Below are positions 1 through 10,334 of a stretch of DNA of 57,828 nucleotides, in pieces. The number at the start of each line of letters is the position of its first letter. Position 1 is the stretch's first letter. Both the position numbers and the translations under genes were made by a program. The stretch spans positions 1 to 57,828 of the forward strand of contig JBGUKY010000004.1 in the NCBI GenBank assembly GCA_045114635.1. Reading direction: 5' to 3'. The notes under the pieces were generated by a model that searched no databases, was not told the DNA's origin, and worked only from the letters and a program-made list of their open reading frames with translations. The DNA comes from Candidatus Enterousia sp. (GTDB taxonomy: Bacteria; Pseudomonadota; Alphaproteobacteria; Rs-D84).

Positions 1-74
1 CGATTTTTAATAATGCGTAAAAAATAATCATAAAAAACTTGCTTTTTTAGACATTTTGATAAATAATATACCCC

Positions 75-98
75 GCATGACACCCTTGGAGGTCATGT
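75..98 (+). promoter_or_regulatory. Hairpin in rplY 5' leader (candidate L25 autoregulatory element)
   Basis: catgac-acccttggag-gtcatg stem-loop between a sigma70-like promoter and the RBS. Confidence 0.4.
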
Positions 99-133
99 AA
101 AACATAAAACAATCGCAATAAAAGGATTATAAA

Positions 134-760
134 ATGGCGATACAATTAAATGCTGAAATTCGCAAAGTTGCTGGCAAGGGGGCCGCACGTGCAGTTCGCA
201 AGAACCAAAACATCCCTGCTGTTATCTATGGCGAAAAGAAAGAACCTGTGTCCATCGAATTGAACGGACATGATTTCAATATGTTGTTGGTACAACCATC
301 ATTGCGAACAAAATTGTTTGAAATCACAGTTGACGGCAACAAAGAAGACGCTATGTTGATGGATATTCAATATCATCCGGTGTCTGACAAAGTTGTTCAT
401 GTTGACTTTAAAAGAATCAATGTCAAAGAACCTGTTCACGTGGTCGTTCCTGTGGAAGTTATCAATGTTGATACATCCAAAGGCATCAAATTGGGCGGTG
501 TTTTGAACTTTGCTGTTCGTAAGGTTGCATTGGTCGGTTTGGTTGACAACATCCCAGAAAAAATCACAATCGATTTGTCTGATGTTACAATCGGCGATAC
601 AGTTCACGGTTCTGACTTGGTATTACCAAATGGTGTTACATTGGGATTACATATGGCTGATTTGGCTTTCGCTACTATCGGTGGTAAAATGCCAGAAGAA
701 GCAGATGCAAAGCAACAGGCCGCTGCCGCTGCAACCGCTGCTGCTCCTGAAAAGAAATAA
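134..760 (+). CDS. rplY: 50S ribosomal protein L25/general stress protein Ctc
   Basis: GKGAARAVR..IPAVIYG, DIQYHPV..HVDF, GIKLGG motifs; AAGGA RBS. Confidence 0.95.
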   Translation: MAIQLNAEIRKVAGKGAARAVRKNQNIPAVIYGEKKEPVSIELNGHDFNMLLVQPSLRTKLFEITVDGNKEDAMLMDIQYHPVSDKVVHVDFKRINVKEPVHVVVPVEVINVDTSKGIKLGGVLNFAVRKVALVGLVDNIPEKITIDLSDVTIGDTVHGSDLVLPNGVTLGLHMADLAFATIGGKMPEEADAKQQAAAAATAAAPEKK

Positions 761-784
761 TATCTTTTTGGTATATAAAAAATT

Positions 785-807
785 AACCGCCCAAATGGGC
801 GGTTTTT
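785..807 (+). terminator. Intrinsic terminator after rplY
   Basis: aaccgccc-aaat-gggcggtt followed by T tract. Confidence 0.85.
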
Positions 808-845
808 CTTTGAATAAAAACCTTTAATTATTTTGTTTTTACCCC

Positions 846-873
846 CTTGAAACTATGGTTTTTATAACTATAT
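846..873 (+). promoter_or_regulatory. RpoH (sigma32)-type promoter of dnaK
   Basis: CTTGAA-N16-CTATAT, resembling the alphaproteobacterial RpoH consensus, upstream of dnaK. Confidence 0.7.
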
Positions 874-908
874 TTCGGTTAAGCGAAAAATTACAAGGAG
901 TAAAAACT

Positions 909-2804
909 ATGGCAAAAGTATTAGGTATTGATTTGGGTACAACTAATTCCGCTATGGCTTTCATGGACGGAACAGATCCAAAAATTATTGAAAACAGTGA
1001 GGGGCAACGTACAACACCATCTGTGGTTGCTATTACATCAAATGGCGATCAATTGGTTGGTATTACTGCGAAGAACCAGGCTGTTACAAATCCTGAAAAT
1101 ACAATTTATGAAATTAAACGTTTGATGGGATTGCGTTATGACAGCCCTGCTGTAAAAGAAATTGAAAAACGCGTTCCTTATAAAATTGTTGCCGGTGATA
1201 ACGGTGATGCATGGGTAGAAATCGAAGGTAAAAAATATGCGCCATCTCAAATCTCTGCGATGATTTTGTCTAAATTAAAGAAAGACGCAGAAAGCTATCT
1301 TGGCGAAACAATTACAGACGCGGTTATTACTGTTCCTGCATATTTTAATGATTCGCAACGTCAGGCTACAAAAGACGCTGGTCGTATTGCGGGTTTGAAT
1401 GTTTTGCGTATTGTTAACGAACCTACTGCCGCTGCATTGGCTTATGGTTTGGATAAAAACAAAGACGGCACAATTGCTGTATACGACCTTGGTGGTGGTA
1501 CATTCGATGTGTCCATTTTGGAAATCGTAGATGGCGTATTCGAAGTTAAATCTACAAACGGTGATACTGCATTGGGTGGTTCAGACTTTGATGCGCGTGT
1601 TTTGAAATATTTAATTGATGAATTCAAAGCACAAACAGGTATCGATTTATCCAATGATAAATTGGCATTACAACGTTTGAAAGAAGCCGCTGAAAAAGCA
1701 AAGATTGAATTGTCTTCTAAAACATCAACAGATATCAACCTTCCTTTCTTGACTGCTGATGCTACTGGTCCAAAACATTTCAATACAACACTTACACGTG
1801 CAAAATTGGAATCTTTGGTGGCTGACTTGATTGAAAAGACAATTGAACCTTGCAAAAAGGCTTTGAAAGATGCTGGCCTTACAACTTCTCAAATCAACGA
1901 AGTTATCTTGGTTGGTGGACAAACACGTATGCCAAAAGTAGTTGAAACAGTAAAAGAATTCTTTGGCAAAGAACCACACAAAGGCGTTAACCCTGATGAA
2001 GTTGTGGCATTGGGCGCTGCAATTCAAGGTGGTGTTTTGAAAGGTGAAGTCAAAGACGTCTTGTTGTTGGATGTTACACCATTGTCACTGGGTATTGAAA
2101 CATTGGGTGGTGTGTTTACACGTTTGATTGACCGTAACACAACAATTCCAACAAAGAAATCACAAATCTTCTCTACTGCCGAAGATAATCAATCAGCTGT
2201 GACAATTCGTGTGTTCCAGGGTGAACGTGATATGGCGGCTGATAACAAATTACTTGGTCAATTTAATTTGGAAGGTATCGCACCTGCCCCACGTGGTATG
2301 CCACAAATCGAAGTGTCTTTTGATATCGATGCAAACGGTATTGTTCATGTGTCTGCAAAAGATAAAGGCACAGGCAAAGAACAAGCAATTTCAATTAAAT
2401 CTGATGGTGGGTTGAGCGAAGAAGAAATCAAACGTATGGTTGATGAAGCCGCTGCTAATGCCGAAGCCGACAAAAAGAAAAAAGAATTGGCTGAAGCGAA
2501 AAATACAGCAGAAACCGCTATATTCAGTATTGAAAAATCACTTAAAGAACATGGTGATAAAATCAGTGCCGAAGAACGCGAAGCAATTGAAACTGCCAAA
2601 AAAGAATTGGCTGATGAATTGGCAAAGGCCGAAGCTACAGCAGAATCTTTAAAGACAAAAACAGATGCTTTGACTGAAAAGGCTATGAAATTGGGCGAAG
2701 CTGTTTACAAAGCAGCACAAGAAGCCCAAAAGCAAGAATCAGAAAATAATGCGTCCGAAGGCGGCGAAAAAGGCGCCACAGATGCAGATTTTTCTGAAAA
2801 ATAA
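909..2804 (+). CDS. dnaK: Chaperone DnaK (Hsp70)
   Basis: [37 protein letters not shown]; start moved to ATG 909 after AAGGAG. Confidence 0.98.
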   Translation: MAKVLGIDLGTTNSAMAFMDGTDPKIIENSEGQRTTPSVVAITSNGDQLVGITAKNQAVTNPENTIYEIKRLMGLRYDSPAVKEIEKRVPYKIVAGDNGDAWVEIEGKKYAPSQISAMILSKLKKDAESYLGETITDAVITVPAYFNDSQRQATKDAGRIAGLNVLRIVNEPTAAALAYGLDKNKDGTIAVYDLGGGTFDVSILEIVDGVFEVKSTNGDTALGGSDFDARVLKYLIDEFKAQTGIDLSNDKLALQRLKEAAEKAKIELSSKTSTDINLPFLTADATGPKHFNTTLTRAKLESLVADLIEKTIEPCKKALKDAGLTTSQINEVILVGGQTRMPKVVETVKEFFGKEPHKGVNPDEVVALGAAIQGGVLKGEVKDVLLLDVTPLSLGIETLGGVFTRLIDRNTTIPTKKSQIFSTAEDNQSAVTIRVFQGERDMAADNKLLGQFNLEGIAPAPRGMPQIEVSFDIDANGIVHVSAKDKGTGKEQAISIKSDGGLSEEEIKRMVDEAAANAEADKKKKELAEAKNTAETAIFSIEKSLKEHGDKISAEEREAIETAKKELADELAKAEATAESLKTKTDALTEKAMKLGEAVYKAAQEAQKQESENNASEGGEKGATDADFSEK

Positions 2805-2820
2805 TTCTTCTTCCTCCTAT

Positions 2821-2849
2821 AAAAAACTGGGCAAACGCCCAGTTTTTTT
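2821..2849 (+). terminator. Intrinsic terminator after dnaK
   Basis: aaaaaactgggc-aaac-gcccagttttttt. Confidence 0.85.
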
Positions 2850-2909
2850 GTTGCTTTTTAATAAATATGTTATAGGATTTCTGTTACGCAAATAATAAAA
2901 GGATTTTTA

Positions 2910-3296
2910 ATGCAAACAAAAGAAGCAGTTGTTGTAAATAATTATTTTATAAAAAAAGATGATACTATATGCATAGAATTATATAACGAAGCATGGGGTC
3001 GTTTTGTAATTCCTTATAAAACTTGGTCACAAAATTATTCAAACAGTTCAGATTTGCATCCGGCTAAATTGGCCATAGGTACCAAGGTTTTAGTGCGCGC
3101 ATGTGATCCAAAATCTACTGGAATTTGTGAGTTTGATATTACTAAAAGAATAACACCAGTTTCTGTATCAAAACGCAAATTGGAACGCGATCTAGTTGTT
3201 CCTTATATGACTGTTATTCAGTGCGATAGATTCGCAAACAGTTTGTTGAAAAAATTAAGATATTTAAAAAATAGAAACAATCAAAAATCAAGATAA
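2910..3296 (+). CDS. Hypothetical protein (orphan)
   Basis: 128-aa ORF with AAGGA RBS, own promoter-like sequence and downstream terminator. Confidence 0.7.
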   Translation: MQTKEAVVVNNYFIKKDDTICIELYNEAWGRFVIPYKTWSQNYSNSSDLHPAKLAIGTKVLVRACDPKSTGICEFDITKRITPVSVSKRKLERDLVVPYMTVIQCDRFANSLLKKLRYLKNRNNQKSR

Positions 3297-3303
3297 CGAA
3301 AAT

Positions 3304-3328
3304 AAAAACGGGCGTTGTGCCCGTTTTT
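3304..3328. terminator. Bidirectional terminator
   Basis: aaaaacgggc-gttgt-gcccgttttt between convergent genes. Confidence 0.8.
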
Positions 3329-4415
3329 ATTTCTTTCTTTCGCCAATATAGATACCCATATCTGTTGCGATTTGTAATAATACATTATCTGGTTCAACAT
3401 ATGCATTAGATGTCATTGCACCAACAATGTTTGGGTCTTTCTGTTGTTTTCCAGCCTTGAAGAAATCGTTTAACGATACTGTTTTATATTCGCCGTTTTG
3501 AATAACAGTCATTACATTTGTTTCGTTGTTTTCGATTGCTGTCAATGCAGTTTCTGCAAAACCAGCGGCCAATATTCTGTCGGTTGCAACAGTATCACCT
3601 GCCCTTTGTATGTATTCGGGAAATACAGGTTTGTTGGTTACACCAGCAGCAGTCAATTGACGTGATATCATTTCAGCAGGCTTTCCAGAATGTCCGCGTA
3701 TTGAAATGCTTTCCGATACCATAATAATTCCATAATCGCGTTTAGATTGTTTTATATGTTTAACAAGGTTATTTACATCAAATTTGATTTCTGGAATTAT
3801 AATTGCATCTGCGCCAATTGCGATACCTGCATGTAATGCCAATTGACCACAATCACGTCCCATTGTTTGAACAACAAACCAACGATGATGACTGCGCGCT
3901 GTTAATAACAATTGATCACAATAAGAAACCAGTTGTTGAACCGCAGTATCAAACCCAACAGTTTTGTCTGTTAATGGAACGTCTAAATCAATCGTTTTTG
4001 GTATTGCTACCAGTTGTAAGCCAGTATATATTTCGCTGTACATGTGCGCCAAAGATAAACTACCATTACCACCAATCAAAACCAATGCATCCAATTTCAA
4101 ATCTTTTAACGATTTTTGAAGTTTTTTGTTAAAGGTATTTAATTTCCCTGCGTGTGCAGAAGATTCAAAATTGGTAACATGAGCATTTCCATTGGCTAAA
4201 ATACTTCCCGCCAAATGAGAAGATGCGAATTGAAAAGTTTCATTTGTTAAATCAACTGTTTTTGCCGGTGTACAACACAATCCGTCTGTGCCATCTTGGA
4301 TACCAATAATATTCCATTTGCGACGTACACATCCATCTACGATGCGTTGAATAACTGTATTAAGCCCCGAACAATCGCCGCCAGTTGTCATAATGCCTAT
4401 TTTTTTATGTGCCAA
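3327..4415 (-). CDS. pfkA: 6-phosphofructokinase
   Basis: TTGGDCSGLN, GGNGS, PKTID, MGR motifs; TTG start at 4415 after AGGAG. Confidence 0.88.
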   Translation of the reverse strand: MAHKKIGIMTTGGDCSGLNTVIQRIVDGCVRRKWNIIGIQDGTDGLCCTPAKTVDLTNETFQFASSHLAGSILANGNAHVTNFESSAHAGKLNTFNKKLQKSLKDLKLDALVLIGGNGSLSLAHMYSEIYTGLQLVAIPKTIDLDVPLTDKTVGFDTAVQQLVSYCDQLLLTARSHHRWFVVQTMGRDCGQLALHAGIAIGADAIIIPEIKFDVNNLVKHIKQSKRDYGIIMVSESISIRGHSGKPAEMISRQLTAAGVTNKPVFPEYIQRAGDTVATDRILAAGFAETALTAIENNETNVMTVIQNGEYKTVSLNDFFKAGKQQKDPNIVGAMTSNAYVEPDNVLLQIATDMGIYIGERKK

Positions 4416-4519
4416 TTTAATCTCCTGTAGTTGTTTTATGATTATATCATAAACGCCTTGACAAACAAACAATTTTTGCAATAATTTTGTCAAAGACAAT
4501 AACTCTAGAGGTGTGAATT

Positions 4520-5629
4520 ATGGCAGCAACAAACATTGGAAAAACCAAACGTAGTACAGATGAATTGATAAACGGGGCCGTTGATCGTCAACAATCTTGG
4601 TTAGAAAGACGTCGTATCTTTACACGCAAGTTTTTACAAAGATTTAATATGTTTTCAAATCAAGACAATGTAAAAAACTCTGAAACATATTCAAAAAATA
4701 AAAAGATTATTCGTGCGTATTGGTTTCCTATTGTTTGTGCGTTGATGGTCATTTTGATTGCTGTATTCGTTATGCTTTTCAGAATCAATACACCTGTAAA
4801 AGTTATTGCACCATCTGTTCCAGAACCAATTGTGCGACCTGTAAAAAATACTGAAAAGTACACTACCCCATCATTTGATTTGGTTCGTATTGAAAAAGCA
4901 GGCAATATTATGATTGCTGGTCGTAATGTCCGCGAATCAAATATATCTATTGTTATGAATAAAAAAATTGTTGCCACTGAACACACAAACAAAGATGGCG
5001 AATTTGTATACAGCCCATCTGATATTTTGCAACCAGGCAATTATGTTATTTATTTGGTAGATGCAGATAAAAATATAAAATCAGCAGATTCTGTATTTGT
5101 TTATGTTTCTGAACATGGATATAAAAACTCTGTATCTTTATTGATGACTAAAAATGGCAGCAAGATTATGCAATCACCAGAATTGATGGATGGCGACTTG
5201 GTTGTTTCAAAAATAGATTATTTGGATACTGGTCGTATTGTTGTGACAGGTAAAGCATTGCCAAGATTGCGTGTGTCTTTATCTTTGAATGATAAATATA
5301 TTGGCTTTTCTCGTGTTTCTGATTATAAAAATTTTGGTCTTGGCGCTGATGTTGGCAAACTTGAAAGTGGCAAAGAATACAAATTAAATGTCCGTTTACA
5401 TGATAGCGAAGGCACAACAATCGCAAACATTGAACATAATTTTATTATGCCAGAAATGACCGGTGACGATGATACTTTCTATACCGTTCGCAAGGGAGAT
5501 TGTTTATGGATTATTGCCCGTAATTTCTTGCGCCGTGGCATATTATTCACAATGATTGCCGAACGTAATAATATTGAAAACCCGGATTTGATTTTTCCAA
5601 AACAATTGTTACAAATACCAACCAAATAA
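4520..5629 (+). CDS. Membrane-anchored LysM peptidoglycan-binding protein
   Basis: One TM helix, beta-rich middle region, C-terminal YTVRKGDCLWIIA...NPDLIFP LysM. Confidence 0.85.
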   Translation: MAATNIGKTKRSTDELINGAVDRQQSWLERRRIFTRKFLQRFNMFSNQDNVKNSETYSKNKKIIRAYWFPIVCALMVILIAVFVMLFRINTPVKVIAPSVPEPIVRPVKNTEKYTTPSFDLVRIEKAGNIMIAGRNVRESNISIVMNKKIVATEHTNKDGEFVYSPSDILQPGNYVIYLVDADKNIKSADSVFVYVSEHGYKNSVSLLMTKNGSKIMQSPELMDGDLVVSKIDYLDTGRIVVTGKALPRLRVSLSLNDKYIGFSRVSDYKNFGLGADVGKLESGKEYKLNVRLHDSEGTTIANIEHNFIMPEMTGDDDTFYTVRKGDCLWIIARNFLRRGILFTMIAERNNIENPDLIFPKQLLQIPTK

Positions 5630-5642
5630 CAAAGGTGGTGTC

Positions 5643-5891
5643 ATGAACGAAGATAAAAAATCTAAATATGATTATTTCAATCCATCCGTTTCTGGCAAAG
5701 AACAAAGCGCACAGGAATTGTACGCATCTATATACTCGTATATTAAACACACTACGTTGAAACCTGGTGATTGGATAGCATTAGATAAATTGTTAAAACA
5801 ATTAAAAGGCGCTAAAAACAATCTGCCAAGAAAGGTTTTGCGCAGCATTGCAAATAAATTCGAAAACATAAAAAAACCATACCAAAGGTAA
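5643..5891 (+). CDS. Hypothetical protein (orphan)
   Basis: 82-aa ORF with AAGGTGG RBS. Confidence 0.6.
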   Translation: MNEDKKSKYDYFNPSVSGKEQSAQELYASIYSYIKHTTLKPGDWIALDKLLKQLKGAKNNLPRKVLRSIANKFENIKKPYQR

Positions 5892-5897
5892 AACGAT

Positions 5898-6152
5898 ATG
5901 CCAAAAATTAGATTGAATACACAACCAAGACATTATAACAAAATGGTTGCAACAAGAAACTGTGACTCTTTGATAGAAGGTATCAGAGAACTGGTTGATG
6001 GTTATATGGACATGATGTCTTTTGCAGATAAAAAGCAATTGCTTTATATTGCGCGAACAATAGAATTGAACCAGCAAAATTTATCAGCTAGTAAACGATA
6101 CGGATATAACGCTTGTATTGCGGATATACTAAGAAGATGTAAAGAAAGATAA
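5898..6152 (+). CDS. Hypothetical protein (orphan)
   Basis: 84-aa ORF immediately downstream, followed by terminator 6161-6189. Confidence 0.6.
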   Translation: MPKIRLNTQPRHYNKMVATRNCDSLIEGIRELVDGYMDMMSFADKKQLLYIARTIELNQQNLSASKRYGYNACIADILRRCKER

Positions 6153-6188
6153 AACTAGAAAAGCCGGTTTGATACCGGCTTGTTTTTT

Positions 6189-6318
6189 TGTGTGGGCAAA
6201 AGGAATCGCTCGGCACAAATGTCTGCGCGGCATTCGTTAGCGCTCAAACTTCATAAAATTCGTTTTCTCTTACTTATATTCGCCCCCCCCTTCTCGGGTT
6301 CTCTTCGTTGCAACAAGC
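6189..6318 (-). repeat. tRNA-3'-end-linked structured repeat
   Basis: Begins (plus strand) with a degenerate copy of the tRNA-Gly 3' end (tgtgggcaaaaggaatcg vs tgcgggcaaagggaatcg); shares motifs with 57771-57828. Confidence 0.5.
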
Positions 6319-6354
6319 AAAAAATATAACCGATATAAAATCGGTTTCATTTTT

Positions 6355-6428
6355 TGGTGCGGGCAAAGGGAATCGAACCCTCGTCTAAAGCTTGGGAAGC
6401 TTTCGTTCTACCATTATACCATGCCCGC
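6355..6428 (-). tRNA. tRNA-Gly(CCC)
   Basis: gcgggca..aaagc-tt-CCC-aa-gcttt..ggttcgattcc..tgcccgc-acca cloverleaf. Confidence 0.95.
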
Positions 6429-6572
6429 GAGATAGTGGTAAAATTATACATTATTTCGGCAAAAAAGTCCAGGCCTTTTAATGCATATTTTTAATTTTGT
6501 TTATAAAATAATCGCTTGTTTTTTGTAATAATATGTCGTGTAAGGAGTTTTTAAACAGAGGGATTATATATA

Positions 6573-7163
6573 ATGACCAATAACGAAGTCAAAAATGCCT
6601 TAAAGGAACTACACAGAACAATAGACATGATGGACAAGTCACACATCAACGCTCTACTAAAAATTCTAATAAACGCACAGGGAATAAAAAACTGTGCGTT
6701 TTTTCTTTCTTTGGATGTACGAAAGTTTACAAAAAAACTGTTGTCAGATTTCATAAAATCTGATTTTGTGAATTATCGCCTTTCGCGTCGACAAATGAAA
6801 CAGATATATCAAATATTGGGTGATTATCATATATATCCAAGATGCGGGTTATGTGGTCAGCCTATTATGATAGATTCTGATTATATGAAGTATGAACCAA
6901 GTTTTGATAAAATGGCGTTTTCTTGGGATCATATGGACCCTAAATCTATGGGTGGCAGTGACGAGTTGGAAAACATGGAACCTACCCATAAAATTTGTAA
7001 TAATAAACGCGGCACAAAACCCGCGTACGATAAAAATTGTGAAAATGGTATAAAAATAACTATAAACATAACGTTGCCGCCAGAGATGTGTTGTTCAAAA
7101 TATCGCCCTTCTCGTTTTGGTTTGTGTAAATATGTGAACAAATGTTGTGTAAACGGCAGATAA
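6573..7163 (+). CDS. HNH endonuclease
   Basis: CGLCG zinc motif, SWDHMDPKSMGG, N..PTHKICNNKR. Confidence 0.85.
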   Translation: MTNNEVKNALKELHRTIDMMDKSHINALLKILINAQGIKNCAFFLSLDVRKFTKKLLSDFIKSDFVNYRLSRRQMKQIYQILGDYHIYPRCGLCGQPIMIDSDYMKYEPSFDKMAFSWDHMDPKSMGGSDELENMEPTHKICNNKRGTKPAYDKNCENGIKITINITLPPEMCCSKYRPSRFGLCKYVNKCCVNGR

Positions 7164-7177
7164 AACCCAAGAAATAT

Positions 7178-7206
7178 TTGACTTTTGGGAAAATTTAATA
7201 CATAAT
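7178..7206 (+). promoter_or_regulatory. sigma70 promoter of rpsP operon
   Basis: TTGACT-N17-CATAAT. Confidence 0.7.
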
Positions 7207-7356
7207 AGGCCTGCAAATCCCAAAGATTGCCATTATTGAAACCCCTGTGTACGGTATGTACAAGGAACATCAACCGGCGAGTTTCGCTCTTGATGGATGT
7301 TTTTATGTGGTTTTTGGGATAAAACAAGATAACAAAAAACTAAGGAGCAAAAACAA

Positions 7357-7845
7357 ATGGCAACAGTTATCAGATTGGCACGTTATGGTGCAAAAAAACG
7401 CCCTTATTATCATGTAGTTGTTACAGATTCTCGTAACGCACGTAATTCCGGGGCAATTTTGGAAACAGTTGGTAAATATAATCCAATGTTGGCCAAAGGC
7501 GATGAAAAACGCGTGGTTTTGAACATCGAAAGAATTAAAGATTGGATGTCAAAGGGTGCAAAGCCTTCTGACCGTGTTTACAAATTCTTGGTAAACGCAG
7601 GTTTGGTTTCTGCAAAACCAATTCCAACACAAACAAAGAAAAATCAACCTTCTGAAAAAACTCAAATGAAGGCTAAAGATAAAGCCGATAAATTGGCTAA
7701 AATCGCTGAAGAAAAAGCTGCCGCTGAAGCCGCTGCAAAAGCTGCTGCCGAAGCACCAGCAGAAGAAGCTGCACCAGTTGCAGAAGAAACACCTGCTGAA
7801 GCACCTGTTGCTGAAGAAGCTCCAGCTGAAGCAGTTGCTGAATAA
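7357..7845 (+). CDS. rpsP: 30S ribosomal protein S16 with Ala/Glu-rich tail
   Basis: [26 protein letters not shown]. Confidence 0.97.
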   Translation: MATVIRLARYGAKKRPYYHVVVTDSRNARNSGAILETVGKYNPMLAKGDEKRVVLNIERIKDWMSKGAKPSDRVYKFLVNAGLVSAKPIPTQTKKNQPSEKTQMKAKDKADKLAKIAEEKAAAEAAAKAAAEAPAEEAAPVAEETPAEAPVAEEAPAEAVAE

Positions 7846-7895
7846 TGTTTTTGCTTTAAATTGTTTGGCGGGCGACCGCCAAACAAATATTTGTT

Positions 7896-8357
7896 ATGAA
7901 TAATGAAAATAAAATCTTGGTCGGAAAAATCGTAGCTCCGCAAGGAATTCGCGGAGATTTTCGTGTTCAGACCTATTCCGAAAAAGCAGAAGATTTTAAA
8001 AAGTTTCATATAATTTGTGATAAATGTGAAAGCGAACAATTTCATTTCGTTCGTGTATTAAAGCAAAATGTTATTATTGCAAAAATTGACGGTATAAACG
8101 ACCGAAATACAATAGAATCTTTGCGTGGAACACAACTTTATATTTCGCGTGATGATTTACCAAAATTAAAAGAAAATGAATATTATCAATCTGATTTGAT
8201 AGGTTTTGATGTTATTCGCGGGGGAAATAAGATAGGTATTGTTGACGGATTCCAAAACTTTGGTGCCGGCGACATAATTGAATTAGACAACGGAGAGATG
8301 GTTTCTTTTATCGGTGCAAGAGTTGATACATTAAATAAAGAAATTTTTGTTAAATAA
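7896..8357 (+). CDS. rimM: Ribosome maturation factor RimM
   Basis: GKIVAPQGIRG, EYYQSDLIG, NFGAGDIIE; follows rpsP. Confidence 0.93.
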   Translation: MNNENKILVGKIVAPQGIRGDFRVQTYSEKAEDFKKFHIICDKCESEQFHFVRVLKQNVIIAKIDGINDRNTIESLRGTQLYISRDDLPKLKENEYYQSDLIGFDVIRGGNKIGIVDGFQNFGAGDIIELDNGEMVSFIGARVDTLNKEIFVK

Positions 8358-8367
8358 GCGATACAAA

Positions 8368-8757
8368 ATGTCAAAATATATATTAAATATTGAACAACAA
8401 AAACAAGTAAAAGAATTGTCGGAACCTGTATTTACTGCGGTTGAAAAGTTGTTGGGTGTTATGGAAGCAAATAAAGATCGTTCAACATATGCTAATGTTC
8501 AAAAAGCAACACTGGAATTAAATAAATTATTGTTTCGTTCCAAAGATAGTACACCGACATGGGAACTTGAAGAGATAAGAAAAGCATTGGTAAAATTGGT
8601 TCACAGCGTCCCAAGAATGTCAAGAAGCTTTGTATCGTATAAAGAGTTACAAGATTATTTAGAGATCCTTGACAAACCAATGGCGCGTATTGCTCCATCT
8701 ATAAGCTTTTTGGACCAAATAAAACAAAAATTAGGTTTAGGAATAAAGAAAAGATAG
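8368..8757 (+). CDS. Hypothetical protein (orphan inside rimM-trmD operon)
   Basis: Helical 129-aa ORF, co-oriented and tightly packed. Confidence 0.65.
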   Translation: MSKYILNIEQQKQVKELSEPVFTAVEKLLGVMEANKDRSTYANVQKATLELNKLLFRSKDSTPTWELEEIRKALVKLVHSVPRMSRSFVSYKELQDYLEILDKPMARIAPSISFLDQIKQKLGLGIKKR

Positions 8758-8768
8758 GATAAAAAAAT

Positions 8769-9014
8769 ATGGCAGATAGTTTTAGAATAAGTTTACCGCC
8801 TGTTAGAATAGAATGCAGAGATGAATTCGCGACTGCTTATCGCAAAGGATGTCCTTTGAGAAAACATTTAGAATCAGATGAATCTGTGTATGTTGCGTGG
8901 CCCCAAGATAAAAGTTTATTGCCAAACACAATGGACTTTGAAGAAGCTTGTAATGATATAGTCAAAATGCGCGAAATTTGTGACAAATGTAAACAACAAA
9001 ACAAATTAAGATAA
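8769..9014 (+). CDS. Small Cys-containing hypothetical protein
   Basis: 81 aa, GCP and C-terminal ICDKC; AGGA RBS. Confidence 0.65.
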   Translation: MADSFRISLPPVRIECRDEFATAYRKGCPLRKHLESDESVYVAWPQDKSLLPNTMDFEEACNDIVKMREICDKCKQQNKLR

Positions 9015-9025
9015 GGATTGTACCG

Positions 9026-9463
9026 ATGTTGCACAGTTTTTGTATTAAAGACCAGTTGGTCGATACAAAATTTTGTAATATGATAGATGCTATCATACGG
9101 TTTGCTGATAATGAATTGTGTAAACGCAAAGGTCCATTTCCAAAATATGATACTTATGCTTCAAGCAAAGATACTTTAAGATATCGTATGGCGCACCCTG
9201 TTGCTATATCTAAAATGTCTATGTTGAACTGGCTTGCTGATATGATTAGTGCCATGCCATCAGAACAACTTAGAAAGAAAGTATGGGGTTATTTTGATAC
9301 TCAAACGACATCGTATTGTTACAGCGAACGTCCATGCACCAATCAAATACCTGGCTATCCATATAAATCAAAAAACATCGTAGATTTATTGGAAGAAATT
9401 GAACAAGTAAGACAAGAAAGAATGTCTGCCGGTCTTTCAAGGGAACATTATCGTGGTGAATAA
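9026..9463 (+). CDS. Hypothetical protein
   Basis: 145-aa ORF with AAGGA RBS. Confidence 0.65.
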   Translation: MLHSFCIKDQLVDTKFCNMIDAIIRFADNELCKRKGPFPKYDTYASSKDTLRYRMAHPVAISKMSMLNWLADMISAMPSEQLRKKVWGYFDTQTTSYCYSERPCTNQIPGYPYKSKNIVDLLEEIEQVRQERMSAGLSREHYRGE

Positions 9464-9475
9464 AAGGGATAAATA

Positions 9476-9655
9476 ATGTTTGCAGATAACGAATCTTTAT
9501 TTGTTTGTCCAAAATTAAAAGGCATTGATGTAAAATGTGAACGTGATGAATATGTGAAACAACACGAACATGTTAAACTTGGTGAATATTTAATAACAAT
9601 GCACAAATTGCACGATATATGTTTAACATGTGCAAACAAATACGAAGGTAAATAA
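9476..9655 (+). CDS. Small Cys-containing hypothetical protein (59 aa, absent from ORF track)
   Basis: MFADNESLFVCPKLKG...HDICLTCANKYEGK; AAGGGA RBS; fills the gap before trmD. Confidence 0.6.
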   Translation: MFADNESLFVCPKLKGIDVKCERDEYVKQHEHVKLGEYLITMHKLHDICLTCANKYEGK

Positions 9656-9658
9656 AAG

Positions 9659-10333
9659 ATGCACTTTAACATATTGACTGTTTTTCCAGATATGTTTCCA
9701 GGAACCCTTGGTGAAGGGGTTATTGGGCGCGCTTTGGATAAAAAAATATGGTCATATAATGCAATAAATATTCGTGATTTTGCGATAAACAACTATGGGT
9801 CTGTGGACGATGAACAATTTGGCGGTGGTGCTGGTATGGTTATGCGCCCAGATGTGCTCGGAAATGCCATAGATTCCATTAAAAATCCAGGCAAAATCAT
9901 ATTCTTTTCACCACGTGGCAAGACTTTGAATCAAAAATTAGTGCATGAATATGCTAAATATGATACAATAACCCTGCTCTGTGGTCGATATGAAGGTATT
10001 GATCAAAGAATAATCGACGAATATGATATCGAAGAATTATCTATTGGCGATTATGTGTTATCTGGCGGCGAAATTGCAGCGCAAGTTTTTATTGACAGTT
10101 GCGTTCGCGTGTTAGATAATGTACTTGGTGGCGGTGAAGATGCCGTCCAAAATGAAAGTTTCGAAATCGGCGGGCTTGAATGGCCATTATACACCCGTCC
10201 GTCAGTATGGCGTGGACATAAAGTCCCAGAAGTCCTGCTGTCCGGTCACCATGGCAATATCGAACGGTGGCGGAAACAACAATCGGACGAAATAACAAAA
10301 GAACGTCGTCCGGATTTAATAAAGGAAAACTAA
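9659..10333 (+). CDS. trmD: tRNA (guanine37-N1)-methyltransferase
   Basis: [40 protein letters not shown]. Confidence 0.97.
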   Translation: MHFNILTVFPDMFPGTLGEGVIGRALDKKIWSYNAINIRDFAINNYGSVDDEQFGGGAGMVMRPDVLGNAIDSIKNPGKIIFFSPRGKTLNQKLVHEYAKYDTITLLCGRYEGIDQRIIDEYDIEELSIGDYVLSGGEIAAQVFIDSCVRVLDNVLGGGEDAVQNESFEIGGLEWPLYTRPSVWRGHKVPEVLLSGHHGNIERWRKQQSDEITKERRPDLIKEN

Positions 10334-10334
10334 A

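Noticed and set aside
6573-7163. HNH gene as part of an island integrated at tRNA-Gly
   Set aside because: It lies on the tRNA's 5' side with no integrase or matching att repeat; the duplicated 3' end is on the other side.
7716-7842. gcagaagaagctgca-type repeats as a DNA repeat array
   Set aside because: They encode the low-complexity Ala/Glu/Pro tail common in alphaproteobacterial S16.
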